From contig JAVKHQ010000016.1 of assembly GCA_031459875.1 (NCBI GenBank), forward strand, positions 1 to 64,000: 64,000 nucleotides of DNA, in the 5' to 3' direction. Shown here in pieces: positions 59,103 to 64,000 of the stretch. The notes under the pieces are model-generated. The model was given only the letters and a program-made list of their open reading frames with translations. It did no database searches and was not told where the DNA came from. A program made the position numbers and the translations under genes. How positions within the stretch are numbered: position 1 is the first letter of the stretch; each line of letters opens with the position of its first letter. Origin of the DNA: Candidatus Fervidifonticultor sextus (lineage in GTDB: Bacteria; Sysuimicrobiota; Sysuimicrobiia; Sysuimicrobiales; Humicultoraceae).

Positions 59103-60178
59103 GGCGGATCGGCCCGTTTCAGGTGGAACGGGTGCTGGCCCCGACCAGGACCTGGGTGCTCGCCGTCTCGATCCTCGCCGTGGCCGCCGCCCTGGTCGGC
59201 GCCGGCGTGATCTTCTGGGCGTTTGGGATCAACCCCCTCCGGGCCTACGCGGTGGTCCTTTCCGGCACGCTGGCCGACCGCCGGGCGGCGCCCGAGATCC
59301 TGCGCCAGGCCATCCCGCTCCTCCTGTGTGGCGTGGGCCTGGTCATGGCCTTCCGCGCGCAGTTCTGGAACATCGGGGCCGAGGGCCAGTTGCTCGCCGG
59401 CGCGGCGGCCGCTACCGGGGTGGCGCTCTTCGTCCCCCTGCCCGACCCGCTGGTCCTGCCCGCGATGTTCCTGGCGGGGTTTGCCAGCGGCGCGCTGTGG
59501 GGCCTGCTGCCCACCCTGCTGCGCCTGCGGCTGGACGTCAACGAAGTGATCTCCACCCTGATGATGAACTACATCGCGCTGTTCTTCGTGGACTGGCTGA
59601 TCCACGGACCCTGGAAGGGCACCACCACCCTGGGGTTCGCCTACACCGATACCTTCCCCGAGGCCGCCTGGATTCCGGTGCTGGCGGGCACGCGCGTCCA
59701 CTGGCCCACCCTGGCCCTGGGCCTGGCCCTGGCCGGCGGGCTGGCCTTCCTCCTGGCACGCACGCGCCTGGGCTTCGAGATCCGGGTCCTGGGGGAGAAC
59801 GCCACGGCGGCCCGGTATGCGGGGATCGACCCGGTCCGAACCACGGTCGTGGCCATGCTGATCTCGGCCGGCGCGGCCGGGCTGGCCGGGGTGGGCGAGG
59901 TGGGCGGCATCCACCACCGGCTGCTGTTCCCCACCCAGGTCTCCCTCGGCTACGGCTACGCGGCCATCATCGTCGCCTGGCTGGCGCGCGGCAGCCCGCT
60001 GGCCGCCATCCTCACCGCGCTGTTCCTGGGCCTGATCTTCACCAGCGGCGACGTCATGAAGGTCACACTGCAGATGCCGTTCCGCGTGACCGACATCTTC
60101 AACGGGCTGATCCTCTTCTTCCTCATCGGCAGCGAGCGGCTGCTGCGCTACCGCATGCGGTGGGTCCACCGTGCCTGA
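59099..60178 (+). CDS. Nucleoside ABC permease
   Basis: WNIGAEGQ, NEVISTLMMNY, GYGYAAI. Confidence 0.88.
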   Translation: MRRIGPFQVERVLAPTRTWVLAVSILAVAAALVGAGVIFWAFGINPLRAYAVVLSGTLADRRAAPEILRQAIPLLLCGVGLVMAFRAQFWNIGAEGQLLAGAAAATGVALFVPLPDPLVLPAMFLAGFASGALWGLLPTLLRLRLDVNEVISTLMMNYIALFFVDWLIHGPWKGTTTLGFAYTDTFPEAAWIPVLAGTRVHWPTLALGLALAGGLAFLLARTRLGFEIRVLGENATAARYAGIDPVRTTVVAMLISAGAAGLAGVGEVGGIHHRLLFPTQVSLGYGYAAIIVAWLARGSPLAAILTALFLGLIFTSGDVMKVTLQMPFRVTDIFNGLILFFLIGSERLLRYRMRWVHRA

Positions 60179-61031
60179 GTGGATGGCCACCACGCTCATC
60201 CGGGCGGTGGCGGTCAGCACGCCGCTGTTGTGGGCGGCCCTCGGGGAGATCTACGCCGAACGGTCCGGCGTGGTCAACCTGGGGGTCGAGGGCATGATGA
60301 TCCTGGGTGCGTTTGTCGCCTTCGCGATCGCCCAGACCGTTGGCACCCCGGTGCTTGGCCTCACCGCCGCCGCCGCGGTCGGCGGAGTGGCGGCGTTGCT
60401 CCATGCCTTCGTGGCCGTCACGCTGCGGGCCAACCAGTATGTCTCGGGGCTCGCCCTGGCCATGTTCGGCCTGGGCCTGGCCGGCGTGCTGGGCCGCGGG
60501 TACGAGGGGATTCCCCTGCTGAACACGCTCCCCGAGATCTCCGGCCTGAACTACCTCGGGTTCCTGCTGGCGGTCGTCCTCTGGTTCGTGCTCTACCACA
60601 CGCGCCTGGGGATCGTGATCCGGTCGGTGGGGGAGTCGCCGGCCGCCGCCGACGCGCTGGGCGTCAACGTATCGCTGGTGCGGTACCTCACCGTCGTCTT
60701 CGGCGGGATGGTCGCGGGCGTGGCGGGCGGGTACCTCTCGGTGGCCTACCGGCCCTCATGGACGGAGGGCATGACCGGCGGCATGGGCTGGATCGCCATC
60801 GCCATCGCCATCTTCGCCGGGTGGGATCCGCTGAGGGCGGTCTGGGGGGCGTTCCTGTTCGGCGCGCTCTACTACCTCTCGTTCTTCCTGCAGACCTGGG
60901 TGGCGCCGGAGGCCTTGAGGATGCTGCCGTTCGCGTCCACGATCCTCGTGCTGGCCGCCACGGCCAGGAGTCGCCGGGGGCAGGGCGCGCCCGAGGCGCT
61001 GGGGCTCCCCTACGCTGGCGGCGAGAGGTAG
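60171..61031 (+). CDS. Nucleoside ABC permease
   Basis: ERSGVVNLGVEGMM, GESPAAA, GWIAIA. Confidence 0.88.
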   Translation: MPEWMATTLIRAVAVSTPLLWAALGEIYAERSGVVNLGVEGMMILGAFVAFAIAQTVGTPVLGLTAAAAVGGVAALLHAFVAVTLRANQYVSGLALAMFGLGLAGVLGRGYEGIPLLNTLPEISGLNYLGFLLAVVLWFVLYHTRLGIVIRSVGESPAAADALGVNVSLVRYLTVVFGGMVAGVAGGYLSVAYRPSWTEGMTGGMGWIAIAIAIFAGWDPLRAVWGAFLFGALYYLSFFLQTWVAPEALRMLPFASTILVLAATARSRRGQGAPEALGLPYAGGER

Positions 61032-61115
61032 CGCCGCAGGAGCGGCAAGAGAACCCGCTCGCCGCGGCGAATGATACTGCCGGGAGGGACGAGATCACGA
61101 CGAAGGAGGGGACCT

Positions 61116-62267
61116 ATGCGCTGGCTGGTGATGGTGGTCGCAGTGGCGCTGGTCGCGGGCCTGGCGGCGACCGGGGCCGCCCAGCAGAAACTCAAGGCGG
61201 GCTGGATCTACGTGGGCCCGATCGGCGACTACGGCTGGACCCACGCCCACGACGTGGGCCGCAGGCTGGCCGCCCAGCAGTTCCCCTGGCTGGAGACGAT
61301 CTACGTGGAGAGCGTCCCCGAGGGACAGGTGGAACCGTTCATCGACAAGATGATCCAGCAGGGCGCGCGCGTGATCTTCACGACCAGCTTCGGGTTCATG
61401 GACGGGACCCTGGCGTCTGCCAAACGGTACCCCAACCACATCTTCGCCCACGCGTCGGGCTTCAAGCGCCACTCCAACATGGCCACGTACATGGCCGACT
61501 TCTACCAGGTCTACTACCTCAACGGCCTGATGGCCGGCGCGCTGACGAAGACCGGCAAGGTGGGCTACGTGGGGGCGTTCCCGATCCCCGAGGTCAAGCG
61601 GCACCTGAGCGCCTTCGCGCTGGGCGTCCGGGCGGTGAATCCCAGGGCGACCATCCACGTGCGCTGGATCATGGAGTGGTTCAGCCCGACCGCGGCCAAG
61701 GAGGCGACGGAGGCGCTGATCGCGGAAGGCGCGGATGTCTTCGCCTTCACCGAGGACTCGCCCACCGTGGTCCAGGTGGCGGCCAAGCGCGGCCTGCCCA
61801 GCTTCGGCCACTACTCCCCCATGCAGAAGTTCGCCCCCCAGCACGTCGTCTCCGGGCAACTGGTGCACTGGGAGAGGATCTACATCGACTTCCTGGGCAA
61901 GGTGTACGCGGGCAAGTACACCACCGAGAACCTGAAGGACGTGGACTACTGGTGGCTGCTGGCCGAGAAGGCCGTGGAACTGGGCGGCGAGATGGGCGTG
62001 CCGGTCAACCCGGTCTGGAAGCCCAGGCTGCAGGCGGTCACGGTCAACGCGCCCGGCATCGGCCGGATCAACGTCTATGACCTGGTGATGCGGCGCCTGG
62101 CCCAGATGTCGGATCCGAAGGTGGCCTTCGATCCCTTCACGGGGCCCATCCATGATCGGAAGGGGGTCCTGCGCGTGCCGGCCGGCAAGCGGATGACGGT
62201 GGGAGAACTCACGACCATGGAGTGGGCGGCTCCGGGCATCGTGGGGCCCTGGCCGAAGGAACCGTAA
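61116..62267 (+). CDS. BMP family (purine nucleoside) ABC substrate-binding protein
   Basis: IYVGPIGDYGWTHAH, TSFGF, PIPEV; AAGGAGG RBS. Confidence 0.9.
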   Translation: MRWLVMVVAVALVAGLAATGAAQQKLKAGWIYVGPIGDYGWTHAHDVGRRLAAQQFPWLETIYVESVPEGQVEPFIDKMIQQGARVIFTTSFGFMDGTLASAKRYPNHIFAHASGFKRHSNMATYMADFYQVYYLNGLMAGALTKTGKVGYVGAFPIPEVKRHLSAFALGVRAVNPRATIHVRWIMEWFSPTAAKEATEALIAEGADVFAFTEDSPTVVQVAAKRGLPSFGHYSPMQKFAPQHVVSGQLVHWERIYIDFLGKVYAGKYTTENLKDVDYWWLLAEKAVELGGEMGVPVNPVWKPRLQAVTVNAPGIGRINVYDLVMRRLAQMSDPKVAFDPFTGPIHDRKGVLRVPAGKRMTVGELTTMEWAAPGIVGPWPKEP

Positions 62268-62879
62268 CTACGCTCCCCGGTCGCGGAGCACGTCCAGGAC
62301 CTGCTCCAGCGGCACGTCGCGGGCCGCCAGGAGCACCAGCAGGTGGTACAGCAGGTCGGCGGCTTCCTCCGCCAGGCGGCGGTCGGACTCTGCGCGGCCG
62401 GCCCGCACCACTTCTGCGGCTTCCTCGGTGATCTTGGCCCCGACGGCGTCGGGGCCAGCGCGCAGCAGTGAGGCGGTGTACGAGCCCTCCGGCAGGCGGC
62501 GCTTTCGGTCGGCGATCACCGCTTCCAGCCGCGTCAGGACCGGGCCCAGGGCCGCCTGCTCCCGGCCGTCTGGCGTCCGGAAGAAGCACGAGAGGCGACC
62601 GGTGTGGCACGCCGGCCCGCCGGGGACCACCTGCACCAGCACGGCGTCGCCGTCGCAGTCGATGCGCACGTCTGTGACCCGCTGGACGTGGCCGGAGGTC
62701 TCGCCCTTGTGCCACAGCGTCTGACGCGAGCGGCTCCAGAACCAGGTCTGGCCGGTCGTCTGCGTGCGCTCGAAGGCCTCGCGGGTCATCCAGGCCAGCA
62801 TCAGCACCACGCCGGTGCGGGCGTCCTGGACCACGGCAGGCAGCAGCCCCTCTCCCCACGCCAGCGGCGCATCGCTCAT
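62268..62879 (-). CDS. hisIE: Bifunctional phosphoribosyl-AMP cyclohydrolase / PR-ATP pyrophosphatase
   Basis: [39 protein letters not shown]. Confidence 0.95.
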   Translation of the reverse strand: MSDAPLAWGEGLLPAVVQDARTGVVLMLAWMTREAFERTQTTGQTWFWSRSRQTLWHKGETSGHVQRVTDVRIDCDGDAVLVQVVPGGPACHTGRLSCFFRTPDGREQAALGPVLTRLEAVIADRKRRLPEGSYTASLLRAGPDAVGAKITEEAAEVVRAGRAESDRRLAEEAADLLYHLLVLLAARDVPLEQVLDVLRDRGA

Positions 62880-62892
62880 GCGCGCACCCCGC

Positions 62893-63681
62893 TCATCCTC
62901 GACCCTCCCGTCCGTCCAGCCGCACCGGCACGCCGCTTGCGGCCAGGTGCGCCTTGACGACCGGAATGGGATAGCGCTCGAAGTGGAAGATCGATGCGGC
63001 CAGCGCCGCATCGGCACCTCCGGCGGTCAGCACCTCCCGCAGGTGATCGGGGTCCCCGGCGCCGCCCGAGGCGACGACCGGGACGCCAACCGCCTCGGCG
63101 ACGGCGCGGGTCAATTCCAGGTCATAGCCGTCGGTGGTCCCGTCGCGATCGATGCTGGTCAGCAGGACCTCGCCGGCGCCCAGGCGCACGGCGTCCCGGG
63201 CCCACGCCACGGCGTCCTTCCCCGTGGGCCGCCGCCCGCCGTGCGTCACCACCTCGTACCAGGTCCTGCCACCGTCGGTTCGCCGCTTCGCGTCAATGGC
63301 GATCACCACGCACTGGCTGCCGAACCGATCGGCGGCCTCGGCCACCAGCGCGGGCCGCGCCACCGCGGCCGTGTTGATCGCCACCTTGTCCGCGCCGGCC
63401 AGCAGCAGATCCCGCACGTCGTCGGCCGACCGCACGCCGCCACCCACGGTCAGGGGGATGAAGACGCACTCCGCGGTCCGCGAGACGACCTCCAGGAGGG
63501 CGCCGCGGCCCTCCACCGAGGCGGTGATGTCGAGGTAGACGAGTTCATCGGCACCGTCGCGATCGTACCGGCTGGCCAGCGCGACCGGATCGCCGGCATC
63601 CCGCAGATCGGTGAAGGTGCGGCCTTTGACGACGCGGCCGCCGCGCACGTCCAGGCAGGGGATGACCCGCTTCGCGAGCAC
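62893..63681 (-). CDS. hisF: Imidazole glycerol phosphate synthase cyclase subunit
   Basis: [35 protein letters not shown]. Confidence 0.97.
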   Translation of the reverse strand: MLAKRVIPCLDVRGGRVVKGRTFTDLRDAGDPVALASRYDRDGADELVYLDITASVEGRGALLEVVSRTAECVFIPLTVGGGVRSADDVRDLLLAGADKVAINTAAVARPALVAEAADRFGSQCVVIAIDAKRRTDGGRTWYEVVTHGGRRPTGKDAVAWARDAVRLGAGEVLLTSIDRDGTTDGYDLELTRAVAEAVGVPVVASGGAGDPDHLREVLTAGGADAALAASIFHFERYPIPVVKAHLAASGVPVRLDGREGRG

Positions 63682-64000
63682 TCACTCGCCCCCGAGGTCC
63701 TTTGCTGCCGTGGCGCGCCCCGAGTCCCCCGGCCGTGCCGCCGCCATCGCGTCGGCGAGACGGATCCGGCCCTCGTAGAGCGCGAGCCCGACGATCGCCC
63801 CTTCGGCGCCAGCCCGAGCCGCGGCGCGCAGGTCGTCTACGGTCGCAATCCCCCCGGAGAGGATCACCGGCACCGGGACTGCGGCGACCAGCGCCCGCAG
63901 CCCCTCCAGATCGGGCCCTGCGAGCGTCCCGTCGCGCCGCGTGTCGGTGTAGATGATCCGCGCAACCCCCGCCTCGGCCAGCGCCCGCGCCGCTTCGGCG
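63682..64000 (-). CDS. hisA: HisA (ProFAR isomerase), 5'-truncated by the window edge
   Basis: IIYTDTRRDGTLAGPD, VILSGGI, AIVGLALY; directly upstream of hisF. Confidence 0.88.
   Translation of the reverse strand, partial: AEAARALAEAGVARIIYTDTRRDGTLAGPDLEGLRALVAAVPVPVILSGGIATVDDLRAAARAGAEGAIVGLALYEGRIRLADAMAAARPGDSGRATAAKDLGGE

Overview
High-GC (roughly 70% by eye) bacterial chromosomal segment, densely coding and mostly core or metabolic. No integrase, transposase, phage gene or CRISPR array was seen. The gene content would fit a thermophile-like Terrabacteria lineage such as Armatimonadota/CSP1-3 (weak inference only). Contents: three Liv-type (HAAT) ABC systems, one with an embedded acyl-CoA ligase; a pdaD-speE-speB polyamine operon; an ECF sigma/anti-sigma/RseB-like operon; ilvE-leuS-comEA; sfsA; sdhACDB; tdh-kbl-moeA-moaC-mogA; a PhoB/PhoR-like two-component pair; a yybP-ykoY Mn riboswitch with terC; gdhA-proline dehydrogenase-ornithine cyclodeaminase; ftsEX-envC-ctpA-yibQ; surE-MEMO-cutA; hpt with a nucleoside ABC transporter; and hisA/F/IE. 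The standout feature is a complete tRNA-Ala(GGC) gene nested inside Stem III of a leucine (CUC specifier) T-box riboswitch in the ilvE-leuS leader, so one tRNA-sensing RNA carries a different tRNA within it. Secondary observations include a recurring SigH-like promoter motif, tandem repeats overlapping those motifs, a catalytically degenerate glycoside hydrolase, and a nuclease-like ORF coupled to hpt.
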